A stretch of 63,999 nt of DNA, filler included, from Hausera hauseri (lineage: Eukaryota), in the NCBI GenBank assembly GCA_046269625.1. It is 13 parts of 13 records of this genome, joined end to end, with 100 filler letters (N's around TTAATTAATTAA, not from the genome) between each part and the next. Parts side by side here need not be neighbours in the genome. Positions count along the whole stretch, not along the records: positions 1 to 5,370 come from JBJURY010268842.1; positions 5,471 to 10,078 come from JBJURY010507019.1; positions 10,179 to 16,600 come from JBJURY010102210.1; 10 more parts are not named here. One strand, 5' to 3'. A model generated the notes under the pieces. It was not told the origin of the DNA. It worked only from the letters and a program-made list of their open reading frames with translations, and ran no database searches. Positions 1 to 12,606 of the stretch are shown piece by piece. How positions within the stretch are numbered: position 1 is the stretch's first letter; every line of letters begins with the position of its first letter. The position numbers were made by a program, and so were the translations under genes.

Positions 1-1509
1 ATTTTGTTTATACATGATGATGAAATATACAAATACATTGGATTGTCTGGTGCGATATATACTGAATCACCATACTTGTGTTTTGAATCATTTTTCCAAA
101 CACATCTTAGCAGAGGTAGTCGTTCTGAACCGACTGTAGTGACTATTTAACAGCTGTAGTGCCTAAATCACTATTACAACCAAATATGCAATATACTTTG
201 CATGGAACATTTTCGACATATCTTGACACATTCTTTACTTTTCCAATTCCATAATTTATCTGAATATTAATGACCTTTGATTCCCCGATTTCTGGTTTGA
301 CTGCTATTTGAAAAACGGCTTAAAAATACTAAACAGCGATGAATTTAAAAACGATAATTAAGATATACATTATTTTAAAAAAGAAATTATTCCTATATCT
401 GTAGTGTTAGGAATAAACATTCGGCCGTGGTCAAAATTGTTGTAGATTGCAGTTTATATAAATTGTGACACTGGACGGCCGCCGGGGCTTTATGTACAGG
501 AGCCTGATCTCGCATTTTTATTGTTGCTGCATATTTTATTTAAAATGCACGATAATACAAAATAAAAAGTTAGTCTTTCTGATTGAAATATAGATATTTT
601 TCTGCGTTATAAATGAAATTTTCTTCTGCGTATTCCTATCGAGATAATGGCGAAAATATTACTTTATTGTGTTTAACATATTGCACGAGGACAGATTTAT
701 CAAATTATGTTGGGACATTGTTGGTGCATTGGAATTCTACAAACGACAATTCCGTATACCAACAAAAGGCGGTTACAAATTTACTACATGATTTTGTAAG
801 TAATTATTTTACAGGAGCAGTGACAAATATACCGCAGAACATACGAAACCACAATTGGTGTCAGAAGTGGGATGTTCTATCCATGTTAAAACGACAGTAT
901 TTAGTAAATTCATAATTGTAAATCCAAATAGCAGTAACAAAACAGATTTAACGAAGTTAACAATTTATTTCTGTAATTCAAAATTCAAAACAAAATGTTC
1001 TATCCCTAATCTATATTTTATTGACCGTATTTGCAATGGCATATATCTATGTATTTTGAGGAAATTACCATGAATAGCAAAACACCAGATCGAGGCTATA
1101 TGCCGAGTTTGCGATAAATATTTTCATTTCGGCATAATATCTATTTATTCGGTATATATTTTTGTTTTGGCAGAACGATGTATTTTCGAATATCGTCAGA
1201 TAGACATTTCCTGACATTACGGTAAACTTCGTATAGGGAGTTCCGAGCCGACAAAATGAAACACCAAAACACACTGATTCGTAGGCGAAATAAACAAAAA
1301 ACAAAAAAATAAGTGGTATTAACGAAATTGTATTTACAGTTAAATCAACGACCAAAAAAATGAAATAAAACGAAAGCATGATGACGTTGTACACAACACA
1401 AGCCTTTTCCGAATTATCAAAGTGTACACCGCTAGTTTCGAATGTGACATGTCCTGATAGCAAATTGCAAATTTTCACAGTAATGAGCGATTTAGTACTC
1501 GTCAACACC

Positions 1510-3230
1510 ATTGTATGTTTAGTGTAATATCGCACCAGTGGCTTTGGTTGAGGCATCGGTAGTAAATATCAGTTCCGCGTTTAGTTTTGGAAAAGCCAAG
1601 ATTTTAACGGTTTTTAGACCTTCCCGAAGGCGATCAAAATGATTTACTAGATCGGGAGTCCAATGGATTAATTGTCTTTTCTTCCCGGATGAGAGGTGTG
1701 TGAAAGGTGCCGTTAGCTCGGGCAATGTGGCACGTATTTGTGTACAAAATGCAATGTCCCTAGAAAATTCCTCATATCGGTAGTAGTAGTTGGTAACATC
1801 AGATTTTTTAATTGTTGTAAGCGGTCAGGCTGGGGCGAATGTCCTTGGGCAGTAATTATGTGGCCTAAGAAGTTGACGCGTTTCTGGAAGAAATTGCATT
1901 TGGCGAAATTAATTTGCAGGTTGCAGGTTGTAGAAAATAGTTCTAAGATGCTCGTGATGTTGTTTGATCGAGGTGGAAGAGACGAATATATCATCTATGT
2001 ATGCGTGAGCAAAATCAAGACCTGGGAGAACGATGTCAATGTGGCGCTGAAAGGTCTGAGATGCGCTACGTAGGCCGAAAGGCATGAAGATAAATTCATA
2101 AAGACCAAATGGTGAGATAACAGCAGTTTTTAAAATATCATCACGGGCAACAGGAATTTGATGGTAGGCCTTGTGCAGATAAATGATAGAATAGGTACTG
2201 GTGTTGTTGAGGCTATGAAGAATATCTTTAATGAGTGGTAGTGGATAGGCATCAGTAATAGTTAGATTGTTTAATTGTCGATAGTCGCCACATGGCCTAT
2301 AGGTACCATCTTTACCACTACATGAAGAGGAGAAGCCCACGGTGAATTCGATCTCCGAATGATGCCAGACCTTTGCAGTTCATTAAATTCCTGTTCCACA
2401 GCTTTACGTCTGCGTGGCGACAAAGGTTTGACCTTTTGTTTGATTGACATCTGATGTTCTGTTACTATGTGATGATAAGTTGTGGATGGAGGCTTGAAGT
2501 TAACGCCACTTTTAATTATGCGAAAGCAAGACGTTGTGACGTATGATTTAAGATTGGAGTCTAGAGACAAGAATGAATGAGGCATATCATTAGAAAGAAC
2601 AGCTCCAGTGATTGACGAAGAGCAACTGGCATCGCTACTGTCGACGCCTAATTTGGATTTTTGTTTTAGAATAGATTTATGATTGTCGTTCATAACTGAA
2701 ATATTACCGACTTTATCGGAAGTTTTTTTATAGATTATGAAGCGTTCAACATGTTCACAGTTGAGTGCAATAAATTGCTCGCTAAGTTGTCTACAAGATA
2801 CATATTTGGAGTTGCAATTGAGCTCCTGCTTAAAAGACAGCTGTATTTGCTATCGACCAATAGATCATGTGCGGCAAGAAAATCTGAGCCTATTATGGGA
2901 GATTTAATATTAGCCACGTGGAACTTTCAGACAAAATTATCTGGCAAGTTGGCAAGTGTGAAAGTCAATTCCGTGGTTCCTGCTATATGCAACGGTTGAC
3001 CACTTGCAGTAAAGAGCGGTGGGCAGGACATCATAGTCGATGTAGGAACGAAGGACAAGGGAGAAGCGAAAAGGAAGCACCTGAGTCTATAAGGAAGTCA
3101 ATATGTGAAGTATCTCTGCATAACAGTACAGATTTCAACAGAAAAACTGCAGAGGCGGTGCTGAAACGGACAGAAGTTTGAGCGATATTGGTGCGCCAGA
3201 ATGTGTCGTAAAATCTGGCGGCGTTATTAG
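1510..3230 (-). pseudogene. pol: pol (aspartic protease, RT, start of RNase H), copy A
   Basis: DSGAS, IIGSDFL, SNSPWASPLHVV, YIDD, TDAS spread over several frames. Confidence 0.92.
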
Positions 3231-4477
3231 TTTTTTTGAACGTTTTGGAGAAAAGGAAGAGTAGAGGAAAATGAGATTTATCGTTGTAATATTTACAACC
3301 AGGCACACATGATCTAGCGCGTGACTGAAACTTATTGTGAGAGACGCAATTGGGGTTGTCACAGCGTACCGTTCGCTGTAGAACCGACAATCCAAAAAAC
3401 ATTTCCGAGCATCCCTTCGAAATCGCGTGTGATAAAAGCAAGTCATGCGTCCGCCAGGTGAAATGGATCGAGCAGTGTCTGGAAATGCTTCTCTCCATTG
3501 AAGGTCTGGTTTCACTTCGTCGAGGCCCATTAAGATTATTTAGTTGGGTAGTAATGGCCAAAATCGATTTCTGTAACTCGCCAAACTGTTGCTGCATCAT
3601 TTGCAATTGTTGTGAAAATGAAGTGTCATCTGTGTGTGAAGGTGTGAGCAGTTGCTTCAGCTACTGGTTGCGAACTATTAGATTGTAAAATGTCAAAACT
3701 TTTGTCTGCCAATAAGGCGAGCTTTTCAAGGGCCGTTGAGTCGTCTACTACAGTGAGCAGCGCTCTGATGGAGGTTGGCAAGGATGAAAGAAAATACCGA
3801 AGAAGAAGATCGGCATTGTTTATGGAAGTGACGTCTAAGGAACTCAGTTGAGATATTGCAGTTTTAAGGAAGTCCGATGACTTTTGATTTCCTATGGCAT
3901 GTTCATTAAAGTATTTCTGAATTATGCTGTCAATGGAAGGGCCGGTAATGTGCAGAAGTGATTCATAAAGCATATCATATGGATTTGAAGAGGTTAATAT
4001 GTCGGCCAGATTATTGATTTGTTGCTTGGCATTAGCTGGAAGTAGTAGCAGCAAACTGTTCGCCCGCAAGAAGGAATCTGTGATATGATTAGCCTTAAGC
4101 CATTGCAAATTGAATTGTAACCAGGTACGACTCGAATTCATCTTGTCGAGAAAAAAATCTGTGTAAGGGAGATTTGGAGATGTAGTCGGTGTGGGGTCGG
4201 CAGGACGACGACCAGATCTGGTCTTAGTGGGGTTTTCCACATAAGAAGGATCGGGGTCCAATCCACCCCGTAGACGAAAGTGAAGAGTGAGGTGGATAAT
4301 TTTGGAGAATGCAGAAAGTTGGTCATGAGCACTGAGTATAGAACCATGATATGGAAGATAAAAGTCTGACAAGTTGAGGAGAGAAGATAGATGTGTGGGA
4401 AGGTGATGAGAGGTATAAGTGTGTGGCACATAGAAGGTATAGAGGTGTGTATTATTGATGAAGATAAATAGGGAAAA
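3227..4477 (-). pseudogene. gag: UBL-Gag (ubiquitin-like domain + capsid-like region + two CHCC motifs), copy A
   Basis: ORF 3626..4582 has HLTLHFRLRGG followed by gypsy Gag-like sequence (GNQKSSDFL, FLSSLP, LADK); CFYH..C..C motifs lie in downstream frames. Confidence 0.85.
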
Positions 4478-5118
4478 GGGACGCGGTGCAGCGGGGGCGG
4501 TAACGCTCGATTTTTCACCAAAATCATTGATAGCTGTCTTGATCCGGACTATCATAGCTCTGAGATGACATAAGGCACTCATGTGAACTACCAGCGTCGT
4601 TAAGCATTATAAATGATGAAATGCCGATACGTAAATTTTTATCATAATTATCTTTTGATAAAGGTGACTGGGGCAATCCTATTTGGGGTTTTTGCTTAAA
4701 CAAAACTGATCACACTGATCCTTGAACAGTATTGACAATTTGTTTTTTATGGTCCATAGTAGTTAAGAAAGATGCGGTTTCTGAAGTCGATAACACCGTG
4801 GCAGGCGTGTCAAATGACTTTGATATTGACGGACCGAGAGGGAAAGAATTTGGAGCACCAGTACATTGAAGTGGTTGTTGAGCAGATGGTGATGTTGAGA
4901 AACGCATCGAATAATTGTTTGTGGATAGATTTTGGTAGGGTAGAAGCAAGCTCATTTCCCAGATTTTTATATTCATTCCGTAAGTGTCAATGATCGCCGA
5001 ATGGACATTTAAACGGGAAAGATCTAGCCGAATCTAGATAATATTTTGTAACGATGACAAATGCTCCGTTAATCTGTACGTTGATCTCCGTAGGAAACAC
5101 TTCTTTCTCTTTTACGTG

Positions 5119-5367
5119 ATTCAACACGGCAGTTAAATAATTCTGTCGCCGCAAAATCCGATGGTAAATGTCCAATTCGGTTAACATCGGTTTATGGACG
5201 CACAACTGCAATTCTTTCTGGACTTCAATCAATTGTTTCAAAACATCCGACCAAGTCTTATCCCGGATTGCATCATCCGTGATTTTCAACACATCTCGGT
5301 AAAATTTCGACACTGAATAAAACTGATGCAGTTTCGGTATTTTCGTAATGATAAACATGGCCAGCAT
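5119..5367 (-). pseudogene. ATG9: Autophagy protein 9 fragment or exon
   Basis: TWSDVLKQLIEVQKELQLCVHKPMLTELDIYHRILRRQNYL matches the conserved ATG9A segment (TWQEVQARIVQTQKEHQICIHKRELTELDIYHRILRFQNY); similarity stops after VLN. Confidence 0.85.
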
Positions 5368-5370
5368 GAG

Positions 5371-5470
5371 NNNNNNNNNNNNNNNNNNNNNNNNNNNNNN
5401 NNNNNNNNNNNNNNTTAATTAATTAANNNNNNNNNNNNNNNNNNNNNNNNNNNNNNNNNNNNNNNNNNNN
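5371..5470. other. Artificial contig linker
   Basis: N-run + TTAATTAATTAA + N-run, 100 bp; stops in all six frames. Confidence 0.99.
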
Positions 5471-6449
5471 TCTTTTAATATTCAATTTATAGTATTTAGT
5501 TCGGCCATATAATCGCATATTCTCTGATATGTAAATATAGGGCGTTCACATAAGTGATCACAGACAATAGGCCAAATCTTCGATGGATATTTTTTATTTC
5601 AGCAGAACGTCAAGGAAAGACTACAAATTGAATAATAAAGATCATTATTTTGAGGAAAGGAACAAAATTTTCCAAAGTTCAAAATTCCTCAATGTAATGG
5701 GAGTATATGAATCAGTGTCAAATGCTGTCATATTTAAATTCGCAAATTGCGTTATTTTGACTATTTATTATATAAAAACCGATGTTTATAGCAGAATTCG
5801 TTGAATTGTTAGAATGTCAAGGTATTAGCAAATATTTGAAGTCTTTGCAGAACCAAAAATAGTATGAGTTAAAACTTGACAAAAGGATACACATTATTCC
5901 TTAATAAATGTCCTACATTTTAGAGATAAAAATGAACTTGGTTTTATGATGCCATTGGGTTTGATATACATCTAGTTATTAAAGACTAAAACCAAATTTA
6001 TCTTATATTTTTCGTTCAAGATAATAGTCACATTAACAAATTCAGTGAGTTATAAAAGGAGGATAACCGACTTGGATCTCTGTCATATTTCGCGCATCTT
6101 GTACGACATTCTCAGCTTGTAACAAATGTCACCGAATTAATATTTTCAATCTATCAAAATATTTTTTATGACGTTAATGTGAAATGCGATTAGTAATTTT
6201 GAACTTGGATAAAATTTTTGTCCCTTTTCTTCATCTAATGTTCTTTACTTATTTCAATACCATTGTTTCGTGAAAATTTTGCCAATATAAAATGTATTCG
6301 TCTAATTAGCAATAGCATATTCCCTCATGTATAAATTTAGCCTATATCAAGAGTGATCATAGACCTTTGGTAAAATATACAATGAATATTTTTACTTCAA
6401 CAGAGCATCACAAAAGCACTATAAATCGAATATTAAAAGAACCTTAACT

Positions 6450-8340
6450 GGAGATAAGTAATTAAATTCGATATTAGCATTACTTCTTGCTCGAGTAAGC
6501 TTCCAGAATGGTGGTCTTGTTTGGATTCTGATATTTTGAACGATGCTGTGAGACTACTTTTAGGCTTCGAACAAAATCAGCATCATCATGCTACGTAGAA
6601 GGATTTCTGACGAGAAGCGACTGATGTAGTACAAGAATCTTGAAGAAACGTATAATGTTGCATGTCACAAAGTCAGACATGGATTTTGTTCCATGCTGTC
6701 ATCAATTTCTAATTTGAGCCGTTTTGGTACACTGAGTATACCTGGTGTATGCTCCATTGCGTTGACCATCAGCTGCTTCTCTTCAACTGGGACTTGTTCA
6801 ACAAAGAATACCGCAGAAACCAGTTCCTCGTTAGTGTACCACATATGTCTCGAGAAGGCTGTATTGCGGCATGTGACAGTCTTTGTCCACTGACTTTAAA
6901 ACCCATATCCTTTTCAGAAGATCCACGTCGTGTCTTGCAGGGGTCACAAAATCTGGTTCTAAATACCATGCTCTGATCTATATAATTAGAGCAAATACGA
7001 TAAATCGTGATAAGCCTGTTTCTTTGGTCAGTTTCAGTTTGAACTGTTGTTAAAATAAAAGCAACTTTATGGAATAAATCTTCCGCTATCCATCCTGCGT
7101 GATGCATAGCACCAGCCTTCATTATCCTGATGTCACGGCGTGGTGTCTTGCCAAGAATAATAAGAGACAATTCCAACACTTCACTGGAGTCATCCCTTGG
7201 TTGTGCTGGCTGTAATTGTTCTACATGGAATGATGCCAATTGTCTTGTCGCAAAGCACCAAACTGCTACTGCAATCGTTTGAATAGATCAATTTCGGGTC
7301 CAGATGACTTCAGCTTCATACATTCTTGGAAAACTGCTTAAAGGACAATTTCAAATACATGATGCCTGCAAGAGACGTGATGGAGATGGCAGTCTAATTT
7401 CTATTTCCTCAGTGTTTCTTGCAGTCGTGTCAAATGCCAAAGCCTTTCTGTGATTCTTTATATCCACTCTTCTACACACTTATGCACTGCTTGTGCTTGA
7501 CATTCTCCAGTTCCTGTTGGATTTCTTGAAGCATCTAATAGCTGAGATACTCCATTTCCTGATGCTGCAACAGCTAAGCGATCCATTTGGCATTTTTGTG
7601 CAACATCTATTAATTTGCTATCCCACTGGAATGTGAACATCATCTCAAGCAAGACGTTACAACAAATTTCTTGAGCTATACCGCGTATTTTAGACCATTG
7701 TAAAAAGAACGGCTAACTGGTAGATTATGAACTTTCTGACTTAGATCGGATGCAAACGCACTGAGTATATATGTGCGAGAGAGGCAGTTGTTTTACTACT
7801 AACTACAAAGAGTGATTTAGATTTCTTGAGTCTTCGCTTCAAAGTACGAAGAATCAGTATCATAGCTTTAGCTGGAAGTCACATGATAGTCACAGAAGAT
7901 GTTGTTACACCTATTGTTTGGACATGCGTGACACATTTGAGTTTTAATTGCTCCAGCAGTCGCTTTCTGCAATCAGGTCTAGCTTCTTTTGCTGTCAGTT
8001 TCTTGTCAGCCTCAACCATAAACCTACGGCGACCACGTTCTCTTTGTGCTCGTAAAAATTCTCTCTCCACCAACAACTTCATTAACTCAATGGTGTTTGC
8101 ATGTGCGATGTCAAAGACGTCATTGCTTCATTTTTCTTCTGAGTATCCGTGATTTTCTTACTGACTATTGTAAAACTTTGTCAGGCTGTGAACATGGCAT
8201 GCAACGTACTGATAGCGTTGTACTCCTGCGTTGTTGGAATACGTGCTTTTTCTATATTAGATCAATGCAACACCACTCAATATTCAGTCTAACTTTGTAT
8301 ATAAATTTGATTGTCATGGGTGCAATGGATCATACATAGG
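6450..8340 (-). mobile_element. Decayed DDE DNA transposase (hATm / Cc8K15.2-like, tentative family)
   Basis: Fragments QWDSKL, DRLAV, GTGECQAQAV, AFDTTARNT, SCRHHVFE and GAMHHAGW with many frameshifts and stops. Confidence 0.75.
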
Positions 8341-8423
8341 AGAGGCTTCACGTCATCTTCGCGCAAAAATAAATTTAAATACTTTTAAATTGTGTTACAC
8401 TTTATATATTTATTTAATTTCAG

Positions 8424-9215
8424 GTAATCATGTATCCTACAAAAAGATCTCTGGATAGCCAAGGTGCCACAATTGTAATATTTCTTATCTGGATTTTTGC
8501 ATTCGTGTTAGCTTCACCCTTACATTTATTTTCCCACGTTGATTCGGTCAACAAAACTCGATTTGAATGCACAGAAATTTCGTTTAGTTCGGCCATTCAA
8601 AAAACCAAACTAGCTTATTCCATTTTCGGAATGTTATTTCATTGTCTAGTACCATTAATTATTTTACTCTTTGTCTATTCCCGCATTTACAAGAAAATGA
8701 AAAATCGAATGCGTCATCAAGGTCATAACAAGAAATCCCTTTTAACCAGAGACGAAAAGCTGATGAGCCTGTCAACATGCGATGATTCACAGGCAACAAA
8801 ACTTAGTGCATTCGCAATAATCAATGAAAGGAAACAGTTGGCCGAAGCAAGTCGACAACGAAAAGTCAATGTTTTACTATTTTCCATAGCAATTGTTTTT
8901 GCATCCAGTTGGTTACCATTAAATGTAACTAATTTAGTCATGGAGATTGATTTATACATTGAGACAAACTACAATACATCTCAAAACTCATCGGAAATGT
9001 CGGTGAACTATACTCAAATAGTTGGCATAATTCAAGCCATTTGTTTACTATTAGTTTTGAGTTCGGCCTGTACGAATCCGATTTTGTACAGCTGGCTGAA
9101 TGAGAGTTTTCGACATGAATTTCGAAAATTTGTGTTTTGGAAAAAACGAAACGAAGAGAATGGCAATCAGCATCTGCAGAATGCTAATGTTCCTACGAGA
9201 AATGTAACGGTTTGA
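8424..9215 (+). CDS. Neuropeptide Y/F receptor-like rhodopsin GPCR, terminal exon (TM4-TM7 and C-tail)
   Basis: Acceptor tttcag at 8418-8423, then in-frame VIMYP (normally follows DRY-Q); IW..AF.LASP, FASSWLPLN, SSACTNPILYSWLNESFR; uninterrupted to the stop. Confidence 0.88.
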   Translation, partial: VIMYPTKRSLDSQGATIVIFLIWIFAFVLASPLHLFSHVDSVNKTRFECTEISFSSAIQKTKLAYSIFGMLFHCLVPLIILLFVYSRIYKKMKNRMRHQGHNKKSLLTRDEKLMSLSTCDDSQATKLSAFAIINERKQLAEASRQRKVNVLLFSIAIVFASSWLPLNVTNLVMEIDLYIETNYNTSQNSSEMSVNYTQIVGIIQAICLLLVLSSACTNPILYSWLNESFRHEFRKFVFWKKRNEENGNQHLQNANVPTRNVTV

Positions 9216-9843
9216 TGAAGACTGTTAATTTTTATTGCTTTGCACAGTTTATTGTTGTTCTGTTCATATATGGTTTAAAAAAGAAAATTGTCTTTTTGTT
9301 AATGGGTTTAATTTATATGACACTGCATACTTTGTATCGAACAATGGTTTTTTGTGGAATGACACAAATTTATGATATAGAATAAGTATCCAATGCTATA
9401 TCGGCAAAATGTTTAAACTTATACTCGGACAAATTATGAAGATTATTTAAGCAAGTGTGGCAAAAATATTTAGAAAACCTACCTGGGTTGATATCGGTTT
9501 TTCACATTTATTGACTGGAGATGAGAGTTCATCACGAGATTTTTGGCATGACTGATGTGTTTACCATGTTGCAATTGGTTGCCTTTATATCATTAGTTAC
9601 GAGTCAAAGGAACTAAGAAATCTATTCGAAACACCATCTACTAAGATTTTCACGTAATTTGTTAAGTACATTTCCATTAGAGACAGTTCTTCAGTCCATC
9701 GCGTATAAGAATCAAAGTAATACGTCATATGTGTTGTAATATGTTGCGGCTTTTATATTTCATACTCCCTTATATTCCAATTACATCATATTTGATAAAG
9801 CGGGGTGAAATTGCCGGTTGTGGCACAGACCCCCCCCCCAAAA

Positions 9844-9921
9844 AATTGCGCAACTTCCGGTGTGGATTTGCGTCACTTCCGGTTCAAATTGCACGACTTC
9901 CGGTGACAATTGCGCAAAGTT
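9844..9921 (+). repeat. Tandem ~21-22 bp repeats (W)TTGC..ACTTCCGGT, 3 copies plus a partial one
   Basis: aattgcgcaacttccggt / atttgcgtcacttccggt / aattgcacgacttccggt. Confidence 0.7.
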
Positions 9922-10078
9922 ACGCAAGTTCAGACCGGAAATTGTTCAATATACGGGCAGGAAATGTCGCAGAAATGCGCAGCAGCTGTGTCCTTGTCTG
10001 CTCGGCTTTAAAAAATTGCGAAAATGGCGTAAGGGTACTGGGAAATTGACCTGAAAGAAAAAGTGGTTTTTGGGGAAT

Positions 10079-10178
10079 NNNNNNNNNNNNNNNNNNNNNN
10101 NNNNNNNNNNNNNNNNNNNNNNTTAATTAATTAANNNNNNNNNNNNNNNNNNNNNNNNNNNNNNNNNNNNNNNNNNNN
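10079..10178. other. Artificial contig linker
   Basis: N-run + TTAATTAATTAA + N-run. Confidence 0.99.
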
Positions 10179-12420
10179 GATCTGTGGATAATGCATTCTG
10201 TAAAATTATATCAACAGCTACAAATATGACCTGCTTCGTGAAAATCCTATGCTTTGTGAAGTTATGTCCAAAATGATACAATCTCTCTGAGTTAAAATTA
10301 TTTTTCTAACACCCCCATACGTTTCAATAAAGACCATAGTATTGGATCGCAACATAAAATGCAGGATGGTTAAAAACCCAATGTGCTAAAATAGTACATT
10401 CACCCCTCACAAATATAATTTTTAAAGAATAATGTTTGGTAAGAGTGGATTGAACTGCACCCACCAGGGATGTTAAGAACATGTAGGAAAGCGATATTCC
10501 GACATTATGTTCATCAACCCCAATAACACAGTCCTAATAATACATGTATATGCGGGGATAGGAACCCAATCACCCTATTTTAAGAAACCCAATATCATGA
10601 ATCTTATCTATTCTTGTCCCTCCACATTCTATTAATATAAATAATAGCTATTAGTGACATGCATGATTATGATATTTTAGTAACACTTTAATCCCTTGTT
10701 GGACTTGTGATTTTTTTTTTTTCCCTTATTCTTTCTAATATACCTAAATGGTGAAAAACATACTATTATTTAAATGCAATATTTGAATACCCATTTGTTT
10801 ACTGCGTAAATTTATTAATTTTTAAGTTGAGATTCATTAAATTTTGGATTAACGATTTTACACCCTGCTTTGAAAACCATCGCATATTATTTTCAATGTT
10901 CGTTTGCTGACGTCCAACACTTTCATCCCCTTTTTGTTGCAACATATTATGTAATACCTAACCCCACAGCCCGCCGGGCGCCTGTGATTGCACCGCTACA
11001 AGTACATTCTATTCCTCAGAGACTCCGAAAGAAACCTCAACTCAATGAAATAGGATAAATATTTAAATATAAGTTTAAGAAATATATATGACAATTTTGA
11101 TTTAAAAAAAAAACTTTTATTAAAATATAGCTTTTATAAAATAATGCTTCTATTAAAAGTGAATGCACAAAGAATTGTAAATGCATACAATTTCAAATGC
11201 ATGTGTGAATTAGAACTTGGAAAGTGCAGAGTACCCATAAGGTTTTGGAAAAAGCATGGTGTACTGCACTTAACTTAAAATGAAATCCTCAAATAATATT
11301 TCATCACACTGTATAGTCGAAATTTATATGCGATAAACCCCCATTGTGATATATTCATTAAATCTTAAAAATGAATCCAGTAGGCAAATTCATTGCATAA
11401 TATCACCCATTCACATAAAATATTGTGTTCCTTAGAACAAAATAAGGTTAGTAGGTAAATGAATACCTCATGACTTTTAACTAAGAGGGGCATAATATAT
11501 GCTAAAATGAATCATTTCTCAGTCAAAATAGAATTTTTTAAAGAACAATGTTACATGACATGAGGCACAAGCGGGTTGAACTGCACCCTCCATAGGATCC
11601 GCAGTTAAAAACATGTATGGAAAGCAATATTAGGACATGGGGGTTATTAACCCTCCTTTAAAACTCTACCATGCAGATATAGTATATGAACCCATCTCCC
11701 GAACCGATGAGACTTGGAATCTTAAGAAGCTGAATATTATTAGTTGGACACTATTTTTTACACATATGGATTACTGAACTTGCATTCTGTGCTATTTTTT
11801 CTATCCGTGCGAATACATGCACTGAGAAACAGAATATTTACCCTTAAGCCCCCAAATTTCTAACATGAGTGCACATGCAAATCTTTCAAACTACATTTAT
11901 AAAACACTCGTGACATAGAAAATATATCAATAGACTTTAGGACTTATAACTCTTACTGAATAGTTTGGCATATAACACATAAATTCACAATTTTAATGAA
12001 ACTTCATGTCACAGGAATTAAAAATCACTTCATTTCCATAAAATTAAATAATGATATACATATAATTTTTAAATTTGACGATATTTGTCATTGAAAACAT
12101 ATATGGAATCATACCTTTTATAGCGCTGAAGAATTTTGAGCCAAAGGAGCGTAAAGCGCAGAATTTTCATGATAAATAATATTTATCAATTATAATTAAT
12201 ATTGAATGATTATAAATAAGTATTTTAATACACGGTATGATTTTAGAAAGACTTTAATTCACAGAGAGCAGGAAACGACTTACCATCAAATATGTACATT
12301 TAAGCTTATAATATAGGTTCTAGCACTGAAACTTATATTTACACATTGACACAATCATATACCCACACATGAATGACATGCTTTAAGTATATTTTATGCT
12401 TAAAAAATTAAAGATATAGT

Positions 12421-12606
12421 TTTAGGGCTATATATTTACATGTTTCCCCCATCGAGCATGAGGAATGGTTACCAAGTGAGTGATTTATCGCAAGATGAGC
12501 AACTTAGTCAAGAATCAAACATTTTATTTTAGGGCTATATTTTAAATGTTTTCTTATCAAGCATAAGGAAAGGTTGCTAAGTAAGTTATTTATCGCAAGA
12601 TGGATG
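12421..12606. repeat. Two ~80-bp diverged direct repeats (period ~107 bp)
   Basis: tttagggctata...ttatcgcaagatg occurs twice. Confidence 0.65.

Larger units (their letters stand above)
1510..4520 (-). mobile_element. Ty3/gypsy LTR retrotransposon, CHCC-Gag (CsRn1-like) family, copy A; decayed, truncated in RNase H
   Basis: UBL-Gag, protease FLIDSGAS, RT (RPCGDYRQLN, MPFGL, AYIDDI) and RNase H start (TDAS) in gypsy order, broken by frameshifts; homologous to three other copies in the window. Confidence 0.93.

Noticed and set aside
613-1556. ORFs of 100 and 163 aa as genes
   Set aside because: No recognisable motifs; the 163-aa ORF begins inside the RNase H remnant in another frame
4262-4477. 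Host ubiquitin gene or pseudogene adjacent to the element by chance
   Set aside because: Far too divergent from the nearly invariant ubiquitin, and found in frame with Gag in three separate copies
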